From NCBI GenBank assembly GCA_046350775.1, contig JAXLZS010000001.1, positions 156,379-220,378 on the forward strand: a stretch of DNA of 64,000 bases. The letters run 5' to 3'. The notes below the pieces were generated by a model that did not search any database, was not told the DNA's origin, and worked only from the letters and a program-made list of their open reading frames with translations. Below, piece by piece: positions 48,885 through 59,400 of the stretch (its first letter is position 1; each line of letters begins with the position of its first letter). The DNA comes from Minisyncoccota bacterium. GTDB lineage: Bacteria; Patescibacteriota; Minisyncoccia; Phycocordibacterales; UBA5272. The translations under genes were made by a program, and so were the position numbers.

Positions 48885-50006
48885 TTATTCCTCTTCAATA
48901 TTTACTTTATCAAGTAAGACGGGATCAATATTCATCTCGTGTGCTCCGTCTGTAATCTTATAGACATCTTTATCAATCTTTTTTAATTCTTTATAGCTCG
49001 CATTATAATGATTGACTGTAGTATTTAAAGAGTTGCCGAGCTTTTGCATATATTCTTCATACTTACTGATATGCTTTCCAAGTTCTTCGACTTTCTTTTT
49101 TATCTCTTTCGCATTTTCTTCTATCTTACTATCTTTGATACCAGTGATGACAAGATGTAAATACGCAAGAATAGAAGTTGGAGAGACTATTATCACCTTT
49201 TTCTCCTGAGCAAAGTCGAGTAATTTTTGTGTATTTATTTTTAGTCCACCAGAAAGTCCAGCTTGAATATCATAATAAATAGCCTCACTTGGGATAAACA
49301 TGAAAGCAAAAGGAAGAGTGTTTTCATCGACTTCATTGATGTATTTTTGAGTCTCTTCTATTCTTTTTTTAATATCTTTTTTAAATTCATCGGCAAAATA
49401 TTTTTTATCGTCTTCATTTGTAGCATCTATAGATCGGCGATAATTATCAATACTAAATTTAGAATCTATTGCCAATATTTTATCTTTTATAAAGATCACC
49501 GCATCGACTATTTCTCCAGATTTGTATCCATACTGCATCTGATAAACTCCATGAGGTAGAAAATTTGATAAAATTAATTCGAGACTAGACTCTCCCCAAT
49601 TTCCTCTCTGCTTTTGATTAGTCAAAACTTTTTCCAGATTAGAGAGCTGCTCTGTCATGCTGATGACTTGCTTACTACCCTCTTTTACTTCTATGACACT
49701 TTCATTTACTTTTGATAAATGCTCGTGTATATCTTTGATCAATTCTTGAGATTTATCAAATTGATATTTGACATTTTCATTACTTTCTTTTTGTCCAGCG
49801 TAGATCTTTTGATCGAGCTCTCTCCTAGTCTCTCTAATATCAGTCTTAATATCGTCCTTTAGCATCTTCAGAGTCTCAGCAAATACGAGCATACTCTCAT
49901 CATCCCCTTTATTTTTTAATTTTTTATTAAAAATAGTAATAATAATTATTAAAATTACCAAAATTACTAGTAAAATAGCTAATAGAATTATAGAAAATGT
50001 ATCCAT
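48885..50006 (-). CDS. rmuC: DNA recombination protein RmuC
   Basis: N-terminal TM helix plus coiled coil. Conserved RGNWGESSLELIL RmuC motif and the C-terminal RmuC domain. Confidence 0.75.
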   Translation of the reverse strand: MDTFSIILLAILLVILVILIIIITIFNKKLKNKGDDESMLVFAETLKMLKDDIKTDIRETRRELDQKIYAGQKESNENVKYQFDKSQELIKDIHEHLSKVNESVIEVKEGSKQVISMTEQLSNLEKVLTNQKQRGNWGESSLELILSNFLPHGVYQMQYGYKSGEIVDAVIFIKDKILAIDSKFSIDNYRRSIDATNEDDKKYFADEFKKDIKKRIEETQKYINEVDENTLPFAFMFIPSEAIYYDIQAGLSGGLKINTQKLLDFAQEKKVIIVSPTSILAYLHLVITGIKDSKIEENAKEIKKKVEELGKHISKYEEYMQKLGNSLNTTVNHYNASYKELKKIDKDVYKITDGAHEMNIDPVLLDKVNIEEE

Positions 50007-50037
50007 ATTTAGAGATTATAGCATGTAAAATTATGAA

Positions 50038-50066
50038 AAGAAAAAAACCACATTTCTGTGGTTTTA
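50038..50066 (-). terminator. terminator of the 50079..50591 gene
   Basis: aaccaca-tttct-gtggtt stem. T-run on the - strand. Confidence 0.6.
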
Positions 50067-50078
50067 CTAAAATTTAGC

Positions 50079-50591
50079 CTAATCAAAGTTTCCGTCATAT
50101 CGGTCAAGGGTTGGCCTTGAACCAATCTTTCCCCCTGTCGTAAAATAATCTCCGCTTGGAACAAGCTGCTCACGAATTTCACTGTAAAGACTTTTGTGAA
50201 TTTTCCAATGCGATTCATCTTTTAACACTGTTTCCTCATCACCGATTTTGTACTTCACAATTGTATCACGTACAATACGACTGATCGTTTTGAATTTTTT
50301 AGCAAGTTCGCTATCTGTGTACCAATCTTCTTCTACTACAACTTTTTTCATTTTCGCAACATCTGAAAATTCTTGAATACTCTCAAGAACCTGTGCAACA
50401 AACGCTTGATTGTATGCGTAAGTATGATATCCATTTTTACGCTTAAAGATTGCAATGGCCATATCTGGAAACTGTTCACGCAGATTATCGATAATTCGAT
50501 TAGCTTTTGCTCTTGGAAAATCTGATGGCATTTTTTCATAAATACCAGATTTTGTACAATATCCTTCAGGAACAATAAATGGTTTTGACAT
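50079..50591 (-). CDS. hypothetical protein on GC-atypical DNA (likely horizontally acquired)
   Basis: ORF. Local GC is about 45-49% against about 29% in the flanks. It has its own terminator. Confidence 0.45.
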   Translation of the reverse strand: MSKPFIVPEGYCTKSGIYEKMPSDFPRAKANRIIDNLREQFPDMAIAIFKRKNGYHTYAYNQAFVAQVLESIQEFSDVAKMKKVVVEEDWYTDSELAKKFKTISRIVRDTIVKYKIGDEETVLKDESHWKIHKSLYSEIREQLVPSGDYFTTGGKIGSRPTLDRYDGNFD

Positions 50592-50750
50592 TTTGTTTTA
50601 TTTTTATAATGAACAAAAAAGATTCCTATTTTGAAATCATAAATTGTTTTATGATCTCAAAAAGGGAGGCAAGAAATACTTGCCTTATCTTTATAATTCT
50701 CTAAAAGTTTACTCTACATGAAAGCTTTTTCCTTTTAGAACACCTGGGAG

Positions 50751-51272
50751 CTATCGAGAGCCAGGTTCGCTGGAAATATATGCTATTGGTCTAGGAACAA
50801 ACAATGTTTGATACCTGAGAGGTATACCCCATTCTTTATCGTAACAACATCCGCAATTCAACTGATGATATTCAAAACCTTCACGGTTTGTATGAATATA
50901 ATCACGAAACTTAAACACTTGCGGAACTTCAGAAGAAGTTTGTGTCACGAAAAGATTGGTTACATACCAATCCAATGCATAAATTTTCCAACCGTGTAAG
51001 GGCACTATTTGCTGAAATCTATATTGTCTTCTACCAAACCATTCCACATTACTATAGCGATCAATAAAATCAGCTACAGATTTTACAGCTACAGGAAATG
51101 AATGAATTACTTCATCTATAATCTGATGGTTATGGTCAAAGAAAAACAATTTTTTGTAGTTCTGATTTCTATATGCTTGAATATTTTTAGCCATATAGTT
51201 TTGATCTCGCAAAAATACCACTGAATTACTTTTCATATAATACAAATAAAAGAACAAAAAATTGCAACACAC
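50751..51272 (-). CDS. hypothetical protein on GC-atypical DNA. The true start is probably an internal ATG (MKSNS... or MAKNIQ...)
   Basis: ORF. The listed start is GTG. A hairpin terminator lies downstream (aggcaag-tatttc-ttgcct plus T-run). Confidence 0.4.
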   Translation of the reverse strand: MCCNFLFFYLYYMKSNSVVFLRDQNYMAKNIQAYRNQNYKKLFFFDHNHQIIDEVIHSFPVAVKSVADFIDRYSNVEWFGRRQYRFQQIVPLHGWKIYALDWYVTNLFVTQTSSEVPQVFKFRDYIHTNREGFEYHQLNCGCCYDKEWGIPLRYQTLFVPRPIAYISSEPGSR

Positions 51273-51830
51273 CCTCTTCTGATATTGCGTCCTTTAACAC
51301 AAAATTAAGAGCGTCGAGTTGTACCTGATTAGTACTTGGTGTCTGGATTTTTCCTCTCCAGTGGAGTTTGTTTTACTAATTCACTTTCATAAACTTATGC
51401 TTCCCACAAGAAATTATTCTAAAGATTCTTATCTTTGCAATTAGACAAGAAATACTTCTTAGAAAATCGCTCCTTATAAAATCCTCTATCATATAGATAG
51501 TTTTTGGATTTTACGAGCGAAAGGAAGGGGTAAATTAGTCGTATTAACTTACAAAATCACTCTCGTAAGTTCAGTAATATCTCTAAAGCCATACAATTAT
51601 CATTTGTCCGTATAAGATAAAGAAAAAGGGCTCTACTTTAAGAGTTTTATTACTACTGCCAAAGAATACGTAAGGCAACTTTAATATTAGGTGTGCCGTT
51701 CAAACCTAATTAGAATGATAGCATAATATAATTTATTTGTCAAGTGTTTTTAGATAAAAATCAAATATTCTTCTTAATATTTGCAAAAAAGTACTGTAAT
51801 ACAAGAATATTTTAGAAGTATAAGGAAAAT

Positions 51831-52235
51831 GAAAATAAAAAACCGTCGCAAAATAATGCGCGACGGCTTTTAATCGGAGCTTTAAGGCAAGATTTTTGTG
51901 GAAAATTGTGCACATTTTTCCAAATTCTTACTCCAACCTACTTCAAGCTTTATGCCACTGAGTGTAAAAAGCTATTTAATTAATAAATTATTTGGCTCCA
52001 TGGCCAAAAATCCATTAAATCATCAGACACATTTTCTTTCGTGTCAGCCCAGATTTGTTAGGGCTCCCCATAGAAGTCGATGGGTATGATTATTTTGCAG
52101 ATAAAGGTGCGGCGGGACATCTTGCCAATCTTGGCACGAAGACTTTTTTCAGTCCAATGCGCCCCGAATCGAATACTAATTGTCATAATAATTACAATAT
52201 TAGCACCAACTATCCATATCTTATCACAAGAAATA
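51831..52235 (+). ncRNA. candidate structured non-coding RNA of unknown class, flanked by ~85-bp direct repeats
   Basis: No credible ORF, elevated GC, a promoter-like TTGTCAAG box upstream, and an internal hairpin at 51843..51866. Short similarities to RNase P RNA conserved blocks (GGGCTCC.ATAG..., AAAGGTGCGG, GGCACGAAGAC) are unconvincing by eye. Confidence 0.15.
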
Positions 52236-52415
52236 TTTTTTGTCAATATCTTTTAACCAAAAATCAAGGATTTTTCTCATAATTCGCAAAAAAGTATTGC
52301 AAAATAAGGATTTTTTAAAGATCTTAATAAAATATTATTTTCCTATTTATTAAAAATTCTATGGAAATATATCGATTTGAAATATTTTTAATTATGTGTT
52401 ATAGTATTAAAGATA

Positions 52416-52610
52416 TTGTACTTTTTTAAATCTTATAAAAAAATCAACATGGGATGGTATTTATTTTTCATTGGTTTACTTTTTTCTGGTATAGGTTTAT
52501 TTTTGCTGGAAAATAAAATTATTAAAACAGTAGGCATAATTTTGGTAGTAATAGCAGCCATAATGATACTCTTAATACTTATTCATGGAATCAGCAAAAG
52601 ACAAAACTAA
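52416..52610 (+). CDS. small membrane protein (2 TM)
   Basis: ORF. The second copy of the duplicated promoter-like block lies upstream, and a terminator follows. Confidence 0.35.
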   Translation: MYFFKSYKKINMGWYLFFIGLLFSGIGLFLLENKIIKTVGIILVVIAAIMILLILIHGISKRQN

Positions 52611-52611
52611 C

Positions 52612-52650
52612 CAAAACCCCGCTCTAATGCGGGGATTGTTTTTTTTATTT
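52612..52650. terminator. bidirectional terminator between the 52416 gene and rpoD
   Basis: ccccgc-tctaat-gcgggg stem followed by TTGTTTTTTTTATTTT. Confidence 0.7.
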
Positions 52651-54089
52651 TAAAAATTCTTTAATCTGTATGCTTTTTCGTGATCACGAATCTTTTCGTG
52701 TACCTTGGCTTCAATCTGACGAATACGCTCACGAGTCACCTGAAATTCTTCTCCCACCTCTTCGAGTGTATGCATGACGCCATTGTATTGTCCGAGTCCA
52801 TTTCTCATTTCTACAATTTTTCTTTCTTTTTCAGACAGATCCATAAGTATTTCATTTATCTGATCTGCTAGAATTCTGCGACTCGCCTCTTGATCAGGAG
52901 AGAGAATCTTGTCGTCTGAGACAAACTCACCAAGTGATGATTTATCATCATCATCTCCTGTTGGCTTTTCAAGCGAAAGAGTCTCTTGATCTATATTTTC
53001 AATGACATGAATCTTTTCTACATCGACACCCATCTCATCAGCTATCTCTTCAGCTAGAGGCTCTCTACCCAAATCTTGAGAAAGTCTTCTGAGGACTTGT
53101 TTGTACTTGGCAATAGTCTCTACCATGTGTACCGGGATACGGATTGTACGAGATTGGTCAGCTAGAGCACGAGTGATACCTTGTCTGATCCACCAACATG
53201 CATAAGTCGAAAACTTATATCCTTTACTAAAGTCATATTTTTCGACAGCTTTAAAGAGTCCGAGATTTCCCTCTTGTATGAGATCAAGCAATGTGAGATT
53301 TGGACTTCTACCTACATATTTTTTTGCAAATGTCACCACAAGACGAAGATTAGCCTTGGCTAATATATTTTTTGCCTCCTCATCCCCCATTTCTATTCTT
53401 TTTGCTAATTCTTTTTCTTCTTCAGAAGAAAGTAGTGGATACTGACCAATTTCTTTTAAATAAATTTGAATACTATCATGATTGGCATCATCTTTTGCAA
53501 GTCTAGCAATGTCTTCATCCATGTCGAGCAAATTACTACCATCAAGAATATCCACTCCCGCGGCTGATAGTTTTTCGTAAAGTTCATCAATAAAAGTAAT
53601 ATCTCTCTCTAGATCGGGAAAAATTTTAATAATATCATCATAAGTTATAAATCCACGCTCTTTACCTTTTTTGATAAGTTCTGCCTCTTTTTCTATTTTT
53701 TCTATTTCATTTTTAGAAAGTTTTGTGACTACTTTTACTTTTTTATTATTATCACGAGCTAATTTAGCTTTATTTTTTTCAATTCTTTTTTGTCTTTCTT
53801 TTTTATCTTTAGCATTTTTTACTTCACGCCTCTTTTTTTCTTCAATTTTTTCTTTAGCACTAAGAGCTTTTAAATTTATAAATTTATTAGATTTTTCTTT
53901 TTCAGAAGAATTCTTTTTGATTATTTTTACTTTTGTCTTTTTGGTTGCCTTTTTAACAATTTTGGATTTTGTTGTGTTCTTCTTTTTTGTAGAAATAGTT
54001 TTTTTAGCTGCTTTTTTTACAGTTTTTACTTTAGTTTTTTTTACTATTTTTTTAACTGATTTCTTTGCTTTTTTAGTGTTTTTTTTCAT
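52650..54089 (-). CDS. rpoD: RNA polymerase sigma-70 factor RpoD with a ~130-aa Lys-rich N-terminal extension
   Basis: Regions 2-4 conserved ([16 protein letters not shown]..., [20 protein letters not shown]). The N-terminus is a poly-K/AKK low-complexity stretch. Confidence 0.9.
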   Translation of the reverse strand: MKKNTKKAKKSVKKIVKKTKVKTVKKAAKKTISTKKKNTTKSKIVKKATKKTKVKIIKKNSSEKEKSNKFINLKALSAKEKIEEKKRREVKNAKDKKERQKRIEKNKAKLARDNNKKVKVVTKLSKNEIEKIEKEAELIKKGKERGFITYDDIIKIFPDLERDITFIDELYEKLSAAGVDILDGSNLLDMDEDIARLAKDDANHDSIQIYLKEIGQYPLLSSEEEKELAKRIEMGDEEAKNILAKANLRLVVTFAKKYVGRSPNLTLLDLIQEGNLGLFKAVEKYDFSKGYKFSTYACWWIRQGITRALADQSRTIRIPVHMVETIAKYKQVLRRLSQDLGREPLAEEIADEMGVDVEKIHVIENIDQETLSLEKPTGDDDDKSSLGEFVSDDKILSPDQEASRRILADQINEILMDLSEKERKIVEMRNGLGQYNGVMHTLEEVGEEFQVTRERIRQIEAKVHEKIRDHEKAYRLKNF

Positions 54090-54150
54090 ATTTAAATATT
54101 TAAAATAAAATTGAGTGCAATCACAAACACGCCTTTGTCAAATTTTCTAT

Positions 54151-54179
54151 ATTATACTTCATGTATTCAAAATATGCAA
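54151..54179 (-). promoter_or_regulatory. sigma70-type promoter TTGCAT-17-TATAAT upstream of rpoD
   Basis: - strand reads ttgcat attttgaatacatgaag tataat. Confidence 0.5.
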
Positions 54180-54316
54180 GCAATTTTTTAAAGACAATGT
54201 ATAACTTTTTAAAATATAAAAAATAAATTTGACCAAAAAATATAGAGAAAAAAATCCTCTACAACATACTTATACAAAAGAAAAAACATTTTATTACAAA
54301 ATTTTAAAAAGATAAA

Positions 54317-56086
54317 CTAATTTTCTAGTTTTTGATTTTTTAATTTTTGTATCTCTTGATGAAAAAGAGTAATGTTTTTTAAATCTAGTTCTTGATCAAT
54401 CTCAGTCTTTTCTTTATTTTGAATCTGTTTTATCTCTTCTTGAAAAATTTCTATTTTATAATTCCTAGCTAAATCGTGAAGTTGTCTATCGACAAACTTT
54501 TTTTCATGACTTTGATAATATCTATTTTTAGAAAATTCTTTTTCGAGTCTAGATATCTCTGGCTCTAAAATCTCTTTCGGAAAATCATTTTTATCTTCCA
54601 AAAATATCTTATTAAAATCAAGACTTTTATTTTCTTCAGAGTTAAAATTATTTTCCATAAACCTCTCCTCTTTGATTTTTTTCCAATGTAAAATAGCTAA
54701 AATTTCTTTTAACAATCTATCTCTTTTGCTTGCTAATTTTATATTAGATTCATCTTTTTTTAAATCTTCTTCAGGAGAAGACTTTATAGAATCAAGATTT
54801 TCTACCATCTTAATCTTTTTTAAATCATTGTATATATCGATCTCTTCTATTTGTAATTTATTAGCTAAAAAACGAATAAAATAAGATCTGTCCATATCGC
54901 TCTCTATAGCTCGTAAAAATGGCAAAACTTCTAAGCGAATCTCTTTTAATCTTTCTCTATCGTCCTTCACTTTTTCAAAAATAGTATTTGTAAGATATTC
55001 TACAATGTGTATTCTTTTATCAATTAATTTTTTCCATTCTTCACCACCAAAATCTTTTATAAGATCAGCTACATCTTTTACTTCTGATTTTTTTGGAATA
55101 ATAAAAACATCTAGTCCACCATAAAGAGCAAGCGAGCCGGCTCTTTTCATAGCCTTTTCTCCAGCCTCATCTTGATCAAAAGAAAGTAATACTTTGTCAG
55201 CAAATCTTTTTAGTATTTTTACATGATCATCTGTAAAGCTTGTACCAGATACTGCCACCACATTTTCGACTCCAGCCTGATGACTCATAATGAGATCCAT
55301 CTGACCCTCGACTATTATCGCCTCTTTTTTGTCAGCAATACTTTTTTTGGCATTATTATACCCAAAAAGAATTTTACTTTTATGATAAATATCAGTTTCT
55401 GGAGAATTTATATATTTCCCAGATTTACCATCATCAAATTTTGGTAAAATTCTAGCAGAAAATCCGACAACATTGCCGAAAGTATTTTTAATTGGAAAAG
55501 TTATCCTACCACGAAATCTATCAAACCATTTATCTTCATTTTCCTTTTTTATAACTATCCCCGCAGCCATCATTTCTTCTGGAGAAAAACCTTCTTTTGA
55601 TAAATTTATAAATTGATCTCGCCAACCATTTTCTCCACCAAGAGCGAATCCAATATTAAACTTTTTAATAGTCTCAGGAAGAAGTCCACGCTCACCAAGA
55701 TAAACTTTTGCTTCTGGTGAATTTTGGAGATTCTTCTCATAATGATCACTAGCCTTTTGGAGTAGCGATATAAGATAGGATTCTTTATCTTTTTCTTGTT
55801 TTTTATATGGAGTCAATTTTACTCCAGCCCTTTCAGCTAGAATGGTGAGAGCTTCATAAAATGGTACACTTTCTAATTTTTCTACAAAAGAAAAAATATC
55901 TCCATGCTGGGCACAGCCAAAACAATGATAAGTACCTCTATCTGGCGAGACATAAAAACTAGGAGTCTTTTCATTATGAAAAGGACAGCGACCCTTAAAT
56001 TGTGAGCCAGCTTTTTCAAGTCTGACATAAGTCGAGACCACATCTAAAATAGATAAAGTTTGCTTGATTTGATCTTTTGGATTCAT
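54317..56086 (-). CDS. dnaG: DNA primase
   Basis: Zinc ribbon CPFHNEKTPSF...CFGC and Toprim domain (EGQMDL, DQDEAG). Confidence 0.9.
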   Translation of the reverse strand: MNPKDQIKQTLSILDVVSTYVRLEKAGSQFKGRCPFHNEKTPSFYVSPDRGTYHCFGCAQHGDIFSFVEKLESVPFYEALTILAERAGVKLTPYKKQEKDKESYLISLLQKASDHYEKNLQNSPEAKVYLGERGLLPETIKKFNIGFALGGENGWRDQFINLSKEGFSPEEMMAAGIVIKKENEDKWFDRFRGRITFPIKNTFGNVVGFSARILPKFDDGKSGKYINSPETDIYHKSKILFGYNNAKKSIADKKEAIIVEGQMDLIMSHQAGVENVVAVSGTSFTDDHVKILKRFADKVLLSFDQDEAGEKAMKRAGSLALYGGLDVFIIPKKSEVKDVADLIKDFGGEEWKKLIDKRIHIVEYLTNTIFEKVKDDRERLKEIRLEVLPFLRAIESDMDRSYFIRFLANKLQIEEIDIYNDLKKIKMVENLDSIKSSPEEDLKKDESNIKLASKRDRLLKEILAILHWKKIKEERFMENNFNSEENKSLDFNKIFLEDKNDFPKEILEPEISRLEKEFSKNRYYQSHEKKFVDRQLHDLARNYKIEIFQEEIKQIQNKEKTEIDQELDLKNITLFHQEIQKLKNQKLEN

Positions 56087-56125
56087 AATTAACTCTATTC
56101 TATCAAATTTGAGTCTTAATCTAAA

Positions 56126-56137
56126 ATCCTTGACAAA
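56126..56137 (-). promoter_or_regulatory. motif core upstream of dnaG (TTGTCAAGGATT)
   Basis: Direct reading. Confidence 0.45.
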
Positions 56138-56182
56138 TATAATACATTATGCTATATTATATATAGATTGTAATAAACCATA

Positions 56183-56437
56183 TTGTTCATAAATAAAACT
56201 TCAAAAATGAAACTACTTATTAAAAAAATCCTTATTACTTTATTCCTTCTTTTGTTTGAACTTGGATTTACAATACTTCTCTACTACATATCTAAACATG
56301 TAGAAAATGAAATGAGGGAGGCGTTTGCTTATATAGGGATTATTGCTACTTTTGCTATAATAGGTTTAATTTTTATGGTGATATTTCATACAGAAAAATC
56401 TGTACAGTTAATATCAGAAAAAGCAAAAGCTGAATAA
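56183..56437 (+). CDS. small membrane protein (the start is probably the second Met at 56207)
   Basis: ORF with a TTGACA-17-TATATT promoter at 56130..56158. Confidence 0.35.
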   Translation: MFINKTSKMKLLIKKILITLFLLLFELGFTILLYYISKHVENEMREAFAYIGIIATFAIIGLIFMVIFHTEKSVQLISEKAKAE

Positions 56438-56499
56438 GAATAAATCAAAATCCCCTCGCGGTTGCTTGGGGATTTTTTCTTTTATAAAATTTCTAATAA

Positions 56500-59400
56500 T
56501 TATTCTTTATCTTCTTCTACTTTCTCATCTTCAATACCTGTACCAGCTGGAATAAGTTTACCGATAATCACATTTTCTTTTAGACCATGCAATTTATCAA
56601 CTTGTCCACGAGCAGAAGCATTGATCAAAACTTTTGTTGTATGTTGGAATGATGCAGATGATAGCCATGAATTTGTTGTAAGAGCAACATCTGATATACC
56701 GCAGATAAGGTTCGCCCCTTTGGCTGGAGTGCCGCCAGCAGCTTTTACTCTTTCATTTTCTGATCTGAAATCAGAGACTTCTACCACATCACCTTGAGTA
56801 AAGATAGTATCTCCGACTTCTTTTATCTTGATACGAGAAAGCATTTGCTTAATGATCAATTCCATGTGTTTTCTAGAGATTGAGGCACCTTGCAATTCGT
56901 AAACTTTATTTAGCTCTGTAGCAATATAATTTTCTGTGACTTCTCTTCCAGCCAATTCATAAAGTTGTTCAATATTCAATGATCCGTCTGTCAAAGGTTG
57001 ACCTTTTGTGACCTTGTCTCCAACTTTGACTATAGGTCTACGAGAATATGCCATGTCATATTCAATCTTTAGACCTTTTTTCTTTGCTGCACCATATGAT
57101 CCATCATCATTACTCAAGACCACAATACTCTTTGACTTTCCATCTCTCTTCACCTCTACCACCTCTCCATTTGAAAGAGATATCACTCCAGGATTCTTTG
57201 GGGCACGTCTTTCAAAAATCTCAGCCACACGAGGAAGACCTTGAGTAATGTCAGCTCCCGCTACTCCTCCAGAGTGGAATGTACGCATTGTAAGCTGTGT
57301 ACCAGGCTCACCAATAGCTTGAGCAGCCACAATACCTACAGCCTCGCCTACTTTCACTAATTCATTTCTAGCGAGATCTAGTCCGTAGCATCTTTGACAA
57401 ACACCATGTAAAGATTCACAAGAAAGTGGTGAATAAATATATGCCTCTTCAATACCAGCTTCTTCGATTAATTTTGAATCCTCTTTTCTGACTAAATGTC
57501 CTTTTTTAAATAAAACATTTCCATTTTTATCCATTAGATCTTGAGCTATCACTCTTCCTCTAATACTCTTTGAAAGAGGTATCTCGATACCTAAAACATT
57601 TTCTGTCTTTAATAATTTAGAATTTTTTGTTCCACAATTTTCTTCGGATATTATAATATCTTGTGCCACGTCTACCAATCTTCTAGTCAAATATCCAGCT
57701 TCAGCAGTCTTTAGAGCTGTGTCAGAAGTACCCTTTCTAGCTCCATATGTGGTGATGAAATATTCTATTGGGGAAAGACCTTCTTTGTTTGAAGAAATGA
57801 TTGGAAAGTCTATACTTTTTCCTGAAGAAGATGCAATGATACCCTTCATACCAGCAAGCTGAATAAGCTGCTTGACTGATCCTCTGGCTCCTGATGTCAA
57901 AAGATTGTAGACTGAGCCATATTTTTCCATACCTTTTGTAGGCATAAGATTTTCAATTTCTTTTCTGATAGATGTCCAATTCTCAATAACTTTTTGATAT
58001 CTTTCTTCTTCTGAGAGAAGACCTTCTTCAAAATATTTTCTAATTTTTTGTTCTTCAACTTTTCCTTTTTCAATAATAGAATTCTTTTCTTCTGGCACTT
58101 TGACCGCATCAATACTCCATGTTGTACCTGAAATTGTGGCATATTTAAATCCAAAAGTCTTAATCTTATCAATAATTTTTGGAGCAATAGTAAATCCATA
58201 TTGAGTAATAACTCTGTCAATAATCTGATTCATTTTATTTCCACCAACTTGTTCATTTATATATTCGAAATCATCTGGAAGAATAGAGTTGAATCTCAAT
58301 CTTCCGACAGTTGTCTCAAATCTTTTTCCTTCAAACTTTTTATATTTCTCTTTTGTTGTTGGGAAAACAATTATTTTAGCTCTAAGATCCACGATACCAA
58401 ATTCTTGAGCTGTAATAGCATCATTTGGAGAAGAGAAATATTTTCCCTCTCCCAATGCTCCAGGAATTTCAGTGGTCAACCAAAAACATCCAAGAAGCAT
58501 GTCCATACGAGGATTGGTAATAGAGTCTCCAGATCCAGGCTTTAGAAGATTTTTATTTGCTGCCATGAGCTCACGAGCTTCTTCTTGAGCTTTTTCTGAC
58601 AATGGAAGATGTACTGCCATCTGATCTCCGTCAAAGTCAGCGTTGAAAGCTGTACATACAAGAGGATGAAGCTGAATAGCATTTCCTTCTACCATTTTTG
58701 GTTTGAAAGCTTGAATACCAAGTCTGTGAAGAGTTGGGGCACGGTTTAATAGTACATATTTTCCTTCAATTACTTCTTCAAGAATTTCCCATACTTCTGG
58801 AATTCCGTCTTCTATCAATTTATTTGCACCTCTAATGTTAAATGTAAACTCTCTTTCTAAAAGTTTTGAAATCACAAAAGGCTTGAAAAGTTCAAGAACC
58901 ATGTGCTTTGGAAGACCACATTCGTCGAGTGCTAGATCAGGACCAATCACAATCACAGAACGTCCAGAATAGTCTACACGCTTTCCTAAAAGATTTTGTC
59001 TAAATAGGCCTGATTTTGATTTGATACCATCAGCAAGAGATTTTAATTGCCTCTTTTGTCCGACAATTGTAGTAGCTTCTTGTCCACGTCTCTTTGAATT
59101 ATCTATAAGAGCATCTACAGCTTCTTGAAGAATTCTTTTTTCATTTCTCAAAATAACATCTGGAGCTGAAATTTCTTTCAATTTTAAAAGACGATTATTT
59201 CTATTTATAACTCTTCTATAAAGATCATTTACATCACTTGTAGCATATCTTCCTCCTTCAAGAGCCACCATAGGACGAATTCCTGGAGGTATAACTGGCA
59301 ATGCTGTGAGGAACATCCACTCTGGTCTGATACCAGCAGTCTTGAAAGCTCTTACCAATGAAAGTCTTTTTTCTTGTTTTTCTCTTTCAATACTAGAAAT

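Noticed and set aside
51831-52235. Assignment of the ORF-free segment to RNase P RNA or tmRNA
   Set aside because: Only short block similarities. The universal GGAAAGUCC/P4 elements, the tRNA-like T-arm/ACCA end and a tag-peptide ORF were not found by eye. Kept only as an unclassified ncRNA candidate.
51900-52282. Small ORFs (60-75 aa) on both strands in the 51.9-52.3 kb region
   Set aside because: Mutually overlapping, no start context, implausible composition. The region is more likely non-coding.
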